In this document: piece by piece, positions 8,601 to 17,266 of the stretch
Layout of the letters: each line of letters begins with the position of its first letter
Numbering within the stretch: the stretch's first letter is position 1
Origin: Actinomycetota bacterium
GTDB taxonomy: Bacteria; Actinomycetota; Actinomycetes; S36-B12; GCA-2699445
Direction: 5' to 3'
NCBI GenBank assembly: GCA_029978705.1
Contig: JAPOIY010000010.1
Coordinates: forward strand, 13,335 to 77,334
DNA: 64,000 nucleotides
The notes under the pieces: model-generated
The model's input: only the letters and a program-made list of their open reading frames with translations
What the model was told of the DNA's origin: nothing
Database searches by the model: none
Translations under genes and position numbers: made by a program

Positions 8601-10007
8601 TGTCACCCGCCATTCCCCGCAGCCGCCGCGGCGGAGCGCTTCGCCCTCGGCCCGGCCGTCGTGCAGGACGGGCTCGACCGACTGGTGCGCTCCGGCAGCC
8701 TGCTCACTGGGGCCTTTCTGCCCGGCGGGTCGGGCGCCGAGTACGTCCATTCCGATGTGTTGCGGGCGCTGCGGCGGGCATCCGCCGCCCGCTACGCAGA
8801 CGAGATCGAGCCCGTGACCCGGGAGCACTACGCCCGGTTCCCACCGCGCTGGCAGGGAGTCGCGCCGCTGGGCCGCCCGGCGCGCGGCCGCGACGGCCTG
8901 CTGGCGGTGATCGACCAGCTCGCCGGGGCTCCGCTGCCGGCGTCCCAGGTGGAGTCGCTGATCCTGCCGCAGCGGGTGGCCGGTTACGAGCCGCGTCTGC
9001 TCGACGACCTGACCACGTCTGGTGAGGTGGTGTGGTGGGCACTCGACCCGCTGCCGAAGGATGCGTGGGTCTGTCTCGCGCCCGCGGATCTCGCCCCGGA
9101 TCTGGTTCCGGCCGTGACGGTCCCGGATCTGCCTCTCGACCTGGCGCTGTTGGGAGTCCTGCGGGAGGGGGGCGGGTGGTTCGCCGATCAACTCGGGGGC
9201 CGCATCCCCGAGCACGAGGCGGTGACCACGCCCAGCGTCCTGGAGTCGTTGTGGCGGTTGCTGTGGCTGGGCCTGATCAGCAACGACACGATCGCTCCGC
9301 TGCGGCAGCGGTTCGGTCGGTCCCGGCAGCGCGCGGCCCGCTCTCCCCGTCGCCGGACCCGAGCGGTCGTCCGCCCCGACCACCGCAGCATGGGCAGGTG
9401 GGCGGCACTGCCGACCGCGTTGGCCGCGGATCCCGCGCGTCCCCTGGTGGTGGCGGAGTCGCTGCTGCACCGTCACGGCCTGGTGACCCGGGGAGTCGTC
9501 ACGGCGGAGCGGCGCACCTTCGCGGAGGTCTATCGGGCCCTGTCGGCGCTGGAGGACAAGGGCATCTGCCGGCGTGGCTATGTGGTCGAGGGGCTGGGGG
9601 GCGCCCAGTTCGGGCTGAGCGCCGCGGTGGACGGTATCCGTGGGGAGTTGCCGGACGAGCCCGTCGTGCTGGCTGCTGCCGACCCCGCCAACCCCTACGG
9701 CGCGGCACTGCCGTGGCCCGACGCACCCGGCGCCGCCCGCCCGGGCCGCAAGGCGGGGGCGGTGGTCGTACTCGTGGGCGGCGTCCCGGCGCTCTACGTG
9801 GAGCGGGGCGGGGGGACGATGCTGGTGTGGGACGAGGCGGCGCTGCCGCGGGCAGCTGCCGCCCTGGTCGCCGCCGTTCGGGACGGCTCGGTCGGGCCGC
9901 TGGCCATCAAGCGGGTGAACGGGGAGCAGCCGCGACCGGACGTGGCCGACGAGTTGACCCGGGCGGGTGCCGTCCCCTCCCCCAGCGGGTTGCGCATCCG
10001 GCGTTGA
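5652..10007 (+). CDS. lhr: Large ATP-dependent helicase Lhr (DEAD/DEAH superfamily 2, about 1450 aa)
   Basis: ORF 5607..10007. Motif I is VAPTGSGKTLAAF and motif II is VIVDEIHAL, with the long Lhr-specific C-terminal extension. The start is uncertain: GTG 5607, ATG 5652 or ATG 5661. I list ATG 5652. Confidence 0.9.
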   Translation: MGVMAPPPADATPDAAFGPAVTRWFADSFAAPTAAQAQAWEAIASGSDTLIVAPTGSGKTLAAFLWAIDRLTRAPRDPGTRVLYVSPLKALAVDIERNLRSPLAGLARIDPDLPPVTVGVRTGDTPAAERRRLVADPPDILITTPESLFLLLTSAARETLRTVDTVIVDEIHALAGDKRGSHLALSLERLDHLVGARVQRIGCSATVHPVDVIADFLSGGDPVRTVMPASSKVLDVRVTVPVPDLANPPTADTDDDTATPSVWPHVERAILAEIGPTSATLVFTNSRRLSERLTTRLNELWLEEPAADLVLARAHHGSVSKERRREIEDELKSGQLRAVVATSSLELGIDMGAVDLVVQVQSPPGVNSGLQRIGRAGHQVGAVSRATVHPTHRGDLLAATVTVAGMLSGDLEPVTPPRHPLDVLAQQLVAMIAMADWDVDELFAVVRRAAPYRQVPRSAFEAVLDMLSGRYPSEEFAGLRPRIVWDRTAGTVSGRPGAQRLAVTNAGTIPDRGAFGVFLAAGDGNKRVGELDEEMVYESRVGDVFALGSSSWRIEDITADRVLVSPAPGQPAKLPFWHGDAIGRPYPLGRRLGRFLDEYAAGSATIPDFLDDAARANLVAYLDEQLAVTGTLPGAGAITIEQFEDELGDRRVVLHSPFGARVHGPWALIIADRIEQRYGLDGQVMAADDGIVLRLPDDGSLDSLPDLANLISVDPDEVTPQLTRLVGGSALFAARFRECAARSLLFPRRDPKRRSPLWQQRHRSAQLLSVASGYPEFPVVLETVRECLQDVYDVPGLTELSRDIASGAVRVTEVRTTTPSPFARSLLFGYVAAFLYEGDSPLAERKSAALALDDALLTELLGTADLRELLHPEAVTTVADRLQHLGPRAASDPERAWDVLQTIGPLRLAECAERGLTDDRLTELQSARRVFPFTYGGDTWVAVTEDAALVRDALGVALPPGLPESLLGPRPTALTDLLSRYSRCHPPFPAAAAAERFALGPAVVQDGLDRLVRSGSLLTGAFLPGGSGAEYVHSDVLRALRRASAARYADEIEPVTREHYARFPPRWQGVAPLGRPARGRDGLLAVIDQLAGAPLPASQVESLILPQRVAGYEPRLLDDLTTSGEVVWWALDPLPKDAWVCLAPADLAPDLVPAVTVPDLPLDLALLGVLREGGGWFADQLGGRIPEHEAVTTPSVLESLWRLLWLGLISNDTIAPLRQRFGRSRQRAARSPRRRTRAVVRPDHRSMGRWAALPTALAADPARPLVVAESLLHRHGLVTRGVVTAERRTFAEVYRALSALEDKGICRRGYVVEGLGGAQFGLSAAVDGIRGELPDEPVVLAAADPANPYGAALPWPDAPGAARPGRKAGAVVVLVGGVPALYVERGGGTMLVWDEAALPRAAAALVAAVRDGSVGPLAIKRVNGEQPRPDVADELTRAGAVPSPSGLRIRR

Positions 10008-10013
10008 GCGGGG

Positions 10014-10922
10014 TCAGGAACCGCCCTCGGGACGGTGGCTGTCCATCTCAGCGAGGAAACGTTCCACCTGCGCGCCGATCTGGTCGGCGTCGGGCAGGGG
10101 CGCCCCCCCACCCTCCTCGGCAGCGTCGGCGTCGCCCGCGACCCCGGCGTCGTACTGACTCTCCAGTGCCGCCAGGAGAGGGGCGAACTCCTCGGACTCC
10201 TCGGTCTGCCGGTCGATCTCGGACTCGGCCTGCGCGGCGGCCTCCTCCAACTGGTCGGACGGCAGGACCAGCCCGGCGGCCCCCGACAGGGCCCGCAGCA
10301 GCGCGATAGCGGCACGCGGATACTCGAACTGCACGAGGTAGTGCGGCACGTGGGCGGCCAGGCCCATCGCGTCGCGGCCTTCCTCTCCCAGCCGCAGTTC
10401 CAGCAGGGCGGCGACGTGGCCGGGGATCTCCAACTCGCCGAGCGTTGAGGCGTGGCCCCGGATGAGGTCCGGGGACGTGGCGTGGAAGGTGACGCCCACA
10501 GGACGGGTGTGCGGGGCCGGCCAGGGGATGCCGATGAGGCCCACCGTGAGGTCCACCCCGAGTTCGTCGATCAGTTCGAGGGTCTCCCCGATGAAGGCGT
10601 TCCACCGGTAGTCCGGCTCGGGTCCCGTGAGCAGGTAGAAACGGGTGCCGCGCTCGTCGAGGGCCTCATGCAACTGCACCGTGGGCACCTCGACCTCGGT
10701 GAACCGGTCGACGGCGAACGTCATCCGCGGGCGGCGAGCCCGGTAGTCGATGATGCCGTCGGGGTCGAACTCCCCGATCAGGCGCGTGCGACACGACTCC
10801 AGCAGATGGTTGACGGCGATCTGCGCGGCGGAACCCGCGTCCATGAATCCCGACAACGAATGCACCAGTACCGTGCGCCCGTCGTGCGGCGTCGGCTCGG
10901 CGTGCCAGTGGAACAGTCCCAT
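10014..10922 (-). CDS. PAC2 (proteasome-assembly-chaperone-2-like) family protein
   Basis: 302 aa. The N-terminus LVHSLSGFMDAGSAAQIAVNHLL, then ...YLLTGPEPDYRW... and an acidic C-terminal tail, are typical of actinobacterial PAC2-family proteins. It lies 9 nt downstream of the clgR stop with no Shine-Dalgarno sequence, so it is probably co-translated. Confidence 0.75.
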   Translation of the reverse strand: MGLFHWHAEPTPHDGRTVLVHSLSGFMDAGSAAQIAVNHLLESCRTRLIGEFDPDGIIDYRARRPRMTFAVDRFTEVEVPTVQLHEALDERGTRFYLLTGPEPDYRWNAFIGETLELIDELGVDLTVGLIGIPWPAPHTRPVGVTFHATSPDLIRGHASTLGELEIPGHVAALLELRLGEEGRDAMGLAAHVPHYLVQFEYPRAAIALLRALSGAAGLVLPSDQLEEAAAQAESEIDRQTEESEEFAPLLAALESQYDAGVAGDADAAEEGGGAPLPDADQIGAQVERFLAEMDSHRPEGGS

Positions 10923-10931
10923 CCGAACTGC

Positions 10932-11213
10932 TCAGGCAGCCAGGATGTGCGCTGCCTGCGAGGTCCGGGACGCCACCGCCTCCTGGCGGGCCGCTTCCCG
11001 GCCGGCAGCTGCCAGCACATCCGACAGCGGCGCGGCGAGGGCACCACAGATGGCGGAGAGCAGTTCGGAAGATGCCTCCTTCTGACCCCGCTCGACCTCG
11101 GACAGATAGCCCAGGCTGACCTTGGCGTCTCCCGATACCTCGCGCAGGGTACGCCCCTGGTCCTGGCGTCGTCTGCGCAACTCGGCGCCGATGATCTCGC
11201 GAACGACGATCAT
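10932..11213 (-). CDS. clgR: XRE-type HTH transcriptional regulator ClgR (Clp gene regulator)
   Basis: Internal ATG at 11213 (residue 34 of ORF 10932..11312), preceded by GAGAGGAGG. The 93-aa protein contains [48 protein letters not shown]. Its position next to cinA-pgsA matches clgR in other actinobacteria. Confidence 0.8.
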   Translation of the reverse strand: MIVVREIIGAELRRRRQDQGRTLREVSGDAKVSLGYLSEVERGQKEASSELLSAICGALAAPLSDVLAAAGREAARQEAVASRTSQAAHILAA

Positions 11214-11289
11214 GCGACCCACCTCCTCTCTGGCCGCCCATCGCGGCCCCCCGGTGACCAGCCTCCGGTGCCCCGGAGCCGGTTCCCTG

Positions 11290-11311
11290 ACAGTACCCCC
11301 TGCCCCCGACA
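11290..11311 (-). promoter_or_regulatory. Second RecA-NDp-like element, upstream of clgR
   Basis: The minus strand reads TGTCGGGG-GCAGGGGG-TACTGT, the same 22-nt TGTCGG-N10-TANNNT geometry as the recA element. The -10 lies about 77 nt upstream of the clgR ATG. Confidence 0.4.
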
Positions 11312-11382
11312 TCCGCCGGGTGGCAATGACGTTCTCACGCTTCTGGTGTCAACCGCGAACGCGACCCGGACATTCCCGTCGG

Positions 11383-11865
11383 TCACGGGACGATCACGAC
11401 CCCGCGGCCCAGCGCGGTCACGTCCCGGACCTGTCCGGAGGTGGTGCACTGAGCCACCACCGCCAGCGCCACCCGGGTCACGGCGGCACGGACCTCGCCG
11501 CGGTCGCCCGATGCCGTCACAGCCAGGACTCCCGCGCCCGCGGCGGCGGTCCAGCCCACGAGCGCGTATCCCGGGGGGTGCCCCCCGTGGGGTTCCGGGC
11601 CCGCGACGCCGGTCGTGCTGACGGCGACGACGGAGCCGGTCAGCCGCGCGACTGCCCCCGCCATGCCGGCCGCCACGTGGGGGTGCACCGGACCGACGGC
11701 GGCGAGAAGCTCGGGGTCGAGGCCGAGGAGACGGATCTTGGCGGGAACGGTGTAGGCGACCACCCCGCCGAGGAACGTCCGGGAGCTTCCCGGCTGCTGG
11801 GACAGCGCCGCGCACACCGCCCCACCGGTGACCGACTCGGCCGCGGAGACCGTCGCGGCCGTCAT
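11383..11865 (-). CDS. CinA-family C-terminal domain protein (nicotinamide-nucleotide amidohydrolase PncC-like)
   Basis: Internal ATG at 11865 (residue 170 of ORF 11383..12372). The 160-aa protein reads MTAATVSAAESVTGGAVCAALSQQPGSSRTFLGGVVAYT...STTGVAGP, the CinA_C signature. ATGA overlap with the pgsA stop. Confidence 0.8.
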   Translation of the reverse strand: MTAATVSAAESVTGGAVCAALSQQPGSSRTFLGGVVAYTVPAKIRLLGLDPELLAAVGPVHPHVAAGMAGAVARLTGSVVAVSTTGVAGPEPHGGHPPGYALVGWTAAAGAGVLAVTASGDRGEVRAAVTRVALAVVAQCTTSGQVRDVTALGRGVVIVP

Positions 11866-12446
11866 GGCGGTCCGAAGGCCTCGCGCACGAGGTCGCCCCG
11901 CCGGCGCACCGCCAAGGCGCGACCGGCGTAGTCGATGCCGGTGAGCACGGTCAGGACCACCGCGATGCCCATGATGACGGCCCGGATGGTGAGCCAGGGG
12001 CCGCCCAGCGGGAGGAGGTACAGCGTGATGGCCACCATCTGGCTGACGGTCTTGGCCTTGCCTCCGCGGCTGGCGGGGATGACGCCGTCCTTGATGACGG
12101 CGAAGCGCAGCACCGTCACGATGACCTCGCGCAGGATGATGACCACCGTCACCCACCACGGAAGGGCGCCGAGAATGGACAGCCCGACGAGGGCCACTCC
12201 CGTGAGCGCCTTGTCCGCGATCGGGTCGGCCACCTTGCCGAAGGTGGTCACCTGGTCGTTGCGGCGGGCGAGCGCGCCGTCCACGTAGTCGGTCAGCGAC
12301 GCGATGACGAAGACCACGGCGGCCGCGACCCGCTTGGCCGGGTCGGTGCCGTCGTCGGCGAGCAGCAGCCACCCGAAGACGGGAACGAGAACCAGGCGCA
12401 GGGTCGTCAGCGCATTCGGCAGGTTGACGTTGGATCCGGCGGTCAC
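11862..12446 (-). CDS. pgsA: CDP-diacylglycerol--glycerol-3-phosphate 3-phosphatidyltransferase
   Basis: 194 aa. CDP-alcohol phosphatransferase motif DYVDGALARRNDQVTTFGKVADPIADK and multiple TM segments. Confidence 0.9.
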   Translation of the reverse strand: MTAGSNVNLPNALTTLRLVLVPVFGWLLLADDGTDPAKRVAAAVVFVIASLTDYVDGALARRNDQVTTFGKVADPIADKALTGVALVGLSILGALPWWVTVVIILREVIVTVLRFAVIKDGVIPASRGGKAKTVSQMVAITLYLLPLGGPWLTIRAVIMGIAVVLTVLTGIDYAGRALAVRRRGDLVREAFGPP

Positions 12447-13867
12447 GGGACCTCCTGCGCGATCAGGTCGACCCCGTCGCTGTCCGCGACGACCACCGCC
12501 AGCAGGTCACCGACAGCCGCCGTCCCACCCAGCACCACGGTATCGCCGTCCTCGGGGCCCTGGAAGCCGCAACGCCCCCGGATACCGTCGCCCGTGACGT
12601 GTTCGACGAGGACCTCCGCAGCCTCCCCGGTGCGGGCGGCCGCGCGGCCGGCGCTGACCGCGTCGGCGAGGGCGGCGACGCGGGCGGCGCGGTCCCGGAC
12701 CTCGTCGTCGTCCACCTTGCCCGGCAGGTCGGCGGCCTCGGTCCCGTCCTCGTCGGAGTAGGCGAAGACTCCGACCGCGTCCAGGTCGGCCTCGCCCAGG
12801 AAGTCCATCAGGACCGCAACGTCGGCCTCGGTCTCCCCGGGGAAGCCGACGATGACGTTGGTGCGGATGCCGGCCGCCGGGACCCGGTTGCGGATGCCGG
12901 CGATGAGGGCCAGGAACGACTCGGCGTCGCCGAACCGACGCATCCGCCGCAGCAGGGGGCCGCTGGCGTGCTGGAAGGACAGGTCGAAGTAGGGCGCCAC
13001 CTTGGGGGTGGCCGCCATGACGTCGAGCAGGCTTTCCCGCGTCTCGGCCGGTTGCAGGTAGGACAGCCGGATGCGCGCCAGCGGGGGCACGGCGGCGAGG
13101 GCCGGCAGCAGGGTCTCCAACAGCCGAGGGTCCCGCAGGTCCTTGCCGTAGGACGTGGAGTTCTCACTGACGAGCACGATCTCGCGCACACCTTGCTCGG
13201 CGGCCAGCCACGCCACCTCGGCGACGATGTCGTCGGGGGTGCGTGACACGAATGCGCCCCGGAACCGGGGGATGGCGCAGAAGGCGCAACGGCGGTCGCA
13301 GCCCGAGGCGATCTTGACGGGAGCCACCGGGCCGCGGTGCAGCCGGTGCCGCCCGGTGCCCGGAAGATCCACGGCCGGGGTGTGGCCCGGAGGGACGCTC
13401 AGACCGGGGCGGTCGACCGGGGTGATGGGCAGCAGTGTGCGGCGGTCGACCGGCTCGTGGGCCGCCACGGTCTCCCCCGCAAGCACCCGGGCGACGGTGT
13501 CGCCGATGGTCGCGTAGCCGTCGAATCCGACGACGGCCACCTCGGGCAGTTCGGCGGCCAGGTCGCGGCCGTAACGTTCCGCCAGGCAGCCGACGGCCAC
13601 GACGGGGCGCCCGTTGCCCTCGGCGCCCAGGATCGTGTCGATGGACTCCTGCTTCGCCGCAGTGACGAAGCCGCACGTGTTGACCAACACCACGTCCGCT
13701 GTCGGGTCCTCGCCGGTGACCACGTCGTAGCCGTCGTCCACCAGCCGGGCGGCCAACTCGTCGGCGTCGACGTCGTTGCGGGCACACCCGAGAGTGATCA
13801 GCGCGACGGTGCGCGGGTCGGGCACAGAGTCAGGGTATGGGGTGGCGGGCGGGACGCGCTCACTCAC
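12443..13867 (-). CDS. rimO: Ribosomal protein S12 methylthiotransferase RimO (radical SAM MTTase)
   Basis: 474 aa. N-terminal UPF0004 cysteines (TLGCARN ... NTCGF), radical-SAM CxxxCxxC ([13 protein letters not shown]) and a C-terminal TRAM domain. It overlaps pgsA by 4 nt and ftsK by 8 nt. Confidence 0.9.
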   Translation of the reverse strand: MSERVPPATPYPDSVPDPRTVALITLGCARNDVDADELAARLVDDGYDVVTGEDPTADVVLVNTCGFVTAAKQESIDTILGAEGNGRPVVAVGCLAERYGRDLAAELPEVAVVGFDGYATIGDTVARVLAGETVAAHEPVDRRTLLPITPVDRPGLSVPPGHTPAVDLPGTGRHRLHRGPVAPVKIASGCDRRCAFCAIPRFRGAFVSRTPDDIVAEVAWLAAEQGVREIVLVSENSTSYGKDLRDPRLLETLLPALAAVPPLARIRLSYLQPAETRESLLDVMAATPKVAPYFDLSFQHASGPLLRRMRRFGDAESFLALIAGIRNRVPAAGIRTNVIVGFPGETEADVAVLMDFLGEADLDAVGVFAYSDEDGTEAADLPGKVDDDEVRDRAARVAALADAVSAGRAAARTGEAAEVLVEHVTGDGIRGRCGFQGPEDGDTVVLGGTAAVGDLLAVVVADSDGVDLIAQEVP

Positions 13868-16205
13868 CGCGCAGAGCCGCGATGATCTCCCCGACCTGGT
13901 CCGGCTTCACGAGCACCTCGCGGGCCTTCGAGCCCTCCGACGGTCCCACGATCCCGCGGATCTCCATGATGTCCATCAGGCGCCCCGCCTTGGCAAAACC
14001 CACCCGGAGGCGGCGCTGCAGCATGGACGTGGACCCCAGCTGGGTGTCGACGACCAGTTCGACGGCCTGGCACAGCAGGTCGAGGTCGTCGCCGATCTCC
14101 TCGTCGACGTCCCCCTTGCGCGAGTCGCCCTGGGCGACGTCGTCGCGGTACTGCGGCTGCATCTGCTCGCGGCAATGGGTGACGACGGCCCGGATCTCGG
14201 ACTCCGCGACGAAGGCCCCCTGGATACGCACCGACTTGCTGGCCCCCATGGGCAGGAAGAGCCCGTCGCCCTGGCCCACGAGCTTCTCGGCGCCGGGCTG
14301 GTCCAGGATGACGCGGCTGTCCGCGAGGCTGGACGTGGCGAACGCCAGCCGGCTGGGTACGTTGGCCTTGATGAGCCCGGTGACCACATCGACGCTGGGC
14401 CGCTGGGTGGCCAGCACCAGATGTATGCCCGCGGCCCGCGCCAACTGCGTGATGCGCACGATGGCGTCCTCGACGTCGCGCGGGGCGATCATCATGAGGT
14501 CCGCCAGTTCGTCCACGACCACGAGCAGATACGGGTACGGCTTGAGGACGCGCTCCACCCCCGGCTTGGGCTGCAGGGCCCCGGAGCGGACCGCACGGTT
14601 GAAGTCGTCGATGTGGCGGAAGCCGTAGGACGACAGGTCGTCGTACCGCAGGTCCATCTCCTTGACGACCCACGCCAGGGCGTCGGCGGCCCGGCGCGGG
14701 TTGGTGATGATCGGGGTGATGAGGTGGGGGACCCCGTCGTACGCGGTCAGCTCGACCCGCTTGGGATCGATGAGGATCATGCGCAACTCGCTGGGGGTGG
14801 CGCGCATGAGCAGCGATGTGATGAACGAGTTGATGCACGAGGACTTGCCGGCCCCGGTCGCCCCGGCCACCAGGAGATGCGGCATCTTGGCGAGGTTGGC
14901 GCACACGTCGGCGCCCTCGACGTCCTTGCCGAGTCCGACGAGCAGCGGGTGGTGATCCCCCGTGGCCACGGGCGAGCGGAGCAAGTCCCCCAGCGTCACC
15001 CATTCCCGGTCGGTGTTGGGGATCTCGATGCCGATGGCACTCTTGCCCGGGATGGGGCTGAGGATGCGCACGTCCGCGGACGCCACCGCGTAGGCGATGT
15101 TCTTGGACAGTGCGGTGACCCGCTCCACCTTGACCGAGGGGCCGAGTTCGATCTCGTAGCGGGTGACTGTCGGGCCGCGCTGGAACCCGGTCACGCGGGC
15201 GTCGATGTCGAACTGGCGCAGCACCTCGGTGAGGGCGGCGACCACCGTGTCGTTGGCCTGGGTCGCCCGGCGCGCGGGCGGCGCGCTGGACAGCAGGGCG
15301 GGGTCGGGCAGCGTGTAGGAGTCGTCGTCGGTGAGCCGCAACTGCTCGATCTTGGTGTCCGGTCCCGCGGGGAGGGGCACGGGCGCCTCCCGCGGTTCGG
15401 GGTCGGCCCGCACCTCGGGCTCGGGCACCGGCGCGGGGACGGGCACCGGAGCCACGACCGGGGTCGCGAAGGGCTCGTCTCCGGCGAGGGGGCCATCGGG
15501 GGCCGCCGCGCGGCGTCGCGCCGTCACCCGGTCCTTGGCGGTGCGCAGCCGAGCCGGGATCTGACTGAAGGGCGTGGCAGTGAGGATCAGGACACCGACG
15601 AAGAAGAGCGCGAGCATGAGGATGACGGCCAGCACCGTGCCGATCGAGGTCACGAACGGGGCCGTGACCAGCCAGCCGAGCACTCCCCCGGACTCCGCCA
15701 TCGCGTCCAGCCCGCGGGTGGGGCTGGGGGCGCCCGCGGCGACGGACCGCAGCCCCAGGAAGGACACCAGGATCGCGCCCCAGCCGATCGCCAGCCGGCC
15801 GGTGTGCGACATCTGGTCGGGATGGCGCATGAGCCGCCACGCCAGCCACAGGAGGGCCACCGGCAGGATCCAGTGGGCGAGGCCGAACAGTCCCTGGGTC
15901 AGCAGGGCGACCGCGCCGGCAACGGGACCGTCGGCGGAGAACCACGAGACGGTGGCCACCACGATGGCCGCCAGGATCAGGGCGAGGCCCCAGCCGTCCC
16001 GCACGTGCTCGGGCTCCCCGTCCGGGCGCACCGAGCGCACGAGGCGCCCCAGGAGGTGCGCGAGCGCCATCCAGGTGGCCCGCAACCCGCGGCCGACCGC
16101 GCTCAGCGTGCGCCCGACGACCGACGACTGCTGCGCCGGGGCGGACTTGCTCGATTTCGCCGACGCCTTCTTGGGGCGCGACGAGGCGGAGGACCTGGTG
16201 GCCAT
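13860..16205 (-). CDS. ftsK: DNA translocase FtsK/SpoIIIE
   Basis: 781 aa. N-terminal TM segments, a Pro-rich linker, Walker [11 protein letters not shown], and a C-terminal gamma (winged-helix) domain ...[21 protein letters not shown]. Confidence 0.95.
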   Translation of the reverse strand: MATRSSASSRPKKASAKSSKSAPAQQSSVVGRTLSAVGRGLRATWMALAHLLGRLVRSVRPDGEPEHVRDGWGLALILAAIVVATVSWFSADGPVAGAVALLTQGLFGLAHWILPVALLWLAWRLMRHPDQMSHTGRLAIGWGAILVSFLGLRSVAAGAPSPTRGLDAMAESGGVLGWLVTAPFVTSIGTVLAVILMLALFFVGVLILTATPFSQIPARLRTAKDRVTARRRAAAPDGPLAGDEPFATPVVAPVPVPAPVPEPEVRADPEPREAPVPLPAGPDTKIEQLRLTDDDSYTLPDPALLSSAPPARRATQANDTVVAALTEVLRQFDIDARVTGFQRGPTVTRYEIELGPSVKVERVTALSKNIAYAVASADVRILSPIPGKSAIGIEIPNTDREWVTLGDLLRSPVATGDHHPLLVGLGKDVEGADVCANLAKMPHLLVAGATGAGKSSCINSFITSLLMRATPSELRMILIDPKRVELTAYDGVPHLITPIITNPRRAADALAWVVKEMDLRYDDLSSYGFRHIDDFNRAVRSGALQPKPGVERVLKPYPYLLVVVDELADLMMIAPRDVEDAIVRITQLARAAGIHLVLATQRPSVDVVTGLIKANVPSRLAFATSSLADSRVILDQPGAEKLVGQGDGLFLPMGASKSVRIQGAFVAESEIRAVVTHCREQMQPQYRDDVAQGDSRKGDVDEEIGDDLDLLCQAVELVVDTQLGSTSMLQRRLRVGFAKAGRLMDIMEIRGIVGPSEGSKAREVLVKPDQVGEIIAALRGE

Positions 16206-16253
16206 GGGGGGAGCGTAGCCCGGCCCGGGACCTCCGCCCGGCAGCGAAACACG

Positions 16254-17249
16254 TCAGGCGCTGCGCCGCGCGCTCTTCTTGGCGGGGGCCTTCTGGGCGG
16301 GAGCCTTCTTGGCGGAGGTCTTCCTGGCGGAGGTCTTCTTCGCGCCGCTCTTCTTCGCCGTGGCCTTCGCGGCCGGCACCTTCTGCGCCGCGGACCGCCC
16401 GGCGCCCGACTTCTTCGCGGCGGCCCTCTTGCGGGTCGGCCGCTGGGACGGCGGCTCGGAGTCCGCCTGCCGGGCTGCCTGGCTGCGGGCCACACTCTCC
16501 CGCAGCGCGGCCATGAGGTCGACGACCTGGCCGGTCTCGCCCGCCTCGGCGGCGGGGGCGGCGATCGCCTCACCGCCGGCGAGTTTGCGGTCGAGCAACG
16601 CCAGCACCGCCTCCCGGTACTCGTCGCGGTAGGCGGCAGGTTCGAAGTCGCCGGCCATGCTCTCGACCAGGGACTCCGCCATCTGCAGCTCCTGGGCCCG
16701 GACCTCCGGTTCGTCGGACAAGAAGTCGAAGTCGGCCGTGCGGACCTCGTCGGGCCACTTCATGGTCTGCAGCACGAGCACGCCGTCCCGCACCCGCAGG
16801 CATCCGAGCTGGGTGCGTTGGCGGATGGCGACCTTGACCAGCGCCGTCCGGTCGGTCGCCGCCAGGGCGTCGCGCAGCAGCACGTAGGGCTTCGTGGCGC
16901 GGCCGTCCGGCTCCAGGTAATAGGTGCGGTCGAACAGGATGGGGTCGATCTGGTCGGAGGGCACGAACTCGACGACGTCGATGTCCTTGCCTCCGGGCGG
17001 CCGCAGGTCGGCCAGGTCCTCGGGCTCGAGCACGACTCGCTGCCCCGAGGTGTCCTCGTACCCCTTGGCGATGTCGCTGTAGGCCACCTGCTCGCCGCAC
17101 ACCTCGCACTCCCGCTTCATGCGGATCCGTCCGCCGTCCGCGGCATGCACCTGGTGGAATCGCACGTCGTGGTCCTCGGTGGCCGCATAGACCTTCACCG
17201 GGACATTGACCAAGCCGAACGACACGGAACCTTTCCATAGCGCTCTCAT
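16254..17249 (-). CDS. ku: NHEJ end-binding protein Ku with a Lys/Ala-rich basic C-terminal tail
   Basis: Internal ATG at 17249 (residue 25 of ORF 16254..17321): MRALWKGSVSFGLVNVPVKVYAATEDHDVRFHQVH..., a classic bacterial Ku core. The last ~60 aa form an AKK/PAKK-type repeat tail. Confidence 0.92.
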   Translation of the reverse strand: MRALWKGSVSFGLVNVPVKVYAATEDHDVRFHQVHAADGGRIRMKRECEVCGEQVAYSDIAKGYEDTSGQRVVLEPEDLADLRPPGGKDIDVVEFVPSDQIDPILFDRTYYLEPDGRATKPYVLLRDALAATDRTALVKVAIRQRTQLGCLRVRDGVLVLQTMKWPDEVRTADFDFLSDEPEVRAQELQMAESLVESMAGDFEPAAYRDEYREAVLALLDRKLAGGEAIAAPAAEAGETGQVVDLMAALRESVARSQAARQADSEPPSQRPTRKRAAAKKSGAGRSAAQKVPAAKATAKKSGAKKTSARKTSAKKAPAQKAPAKKSARRSA

Positions 17250-17266
17250 TCCGCCAGCATTGCGCC

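Noticed and set aside
11341-11375. Possible ClgR operator (CGC-N5-GCG type) and a TTGACA -35 upstream of clgR (CGCGAACGCG at 11354-11363; TTGACA on the minus strand at 11347-11352).
   Set aside because: The spacing is N4 rather than N5. CGC/GCG pairs are ubiquitous in this GC-rich DNA, and no TANNNT -10 lies 16-19 nt from the TTGACA. I cannot separate this from background without a PWM scan.
16279-16632. Plus-strand ORF encoding a Phe/Ala-rich hydrophobic peptide (…FLAEVFLAEVFFAPLFFAVAFAAGTF…), which might look like a membrane protein.
   Set aside because: It is the exact antisense of the Lys/Ala-rich Ku tail (AAG/GCC codons read backwards give CTT/GGC). It is a compositional mirror image, not a gene.
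13776-17240. Very long plus-strand ORF (1154 aa). Similar giants occur at 38095..41316 (1073 aa), 24530..27259 (909 aa), 31639..34212 (857 aa), 46164..48161 (665 aa) and 56306..58186 (626 aa).
   Set aside because: All are antisense to strongly conserved genes (ftsK/ku, infB, thyX/FAD oxidase, pnp, ispG, tsf/rpsB). They have Arg/Gly/Pro/Ala/His-dominated low-complexity composition and no recognisable motifs. This is the classic stop-codon-poor antisense frame of ~70% GC DNA.
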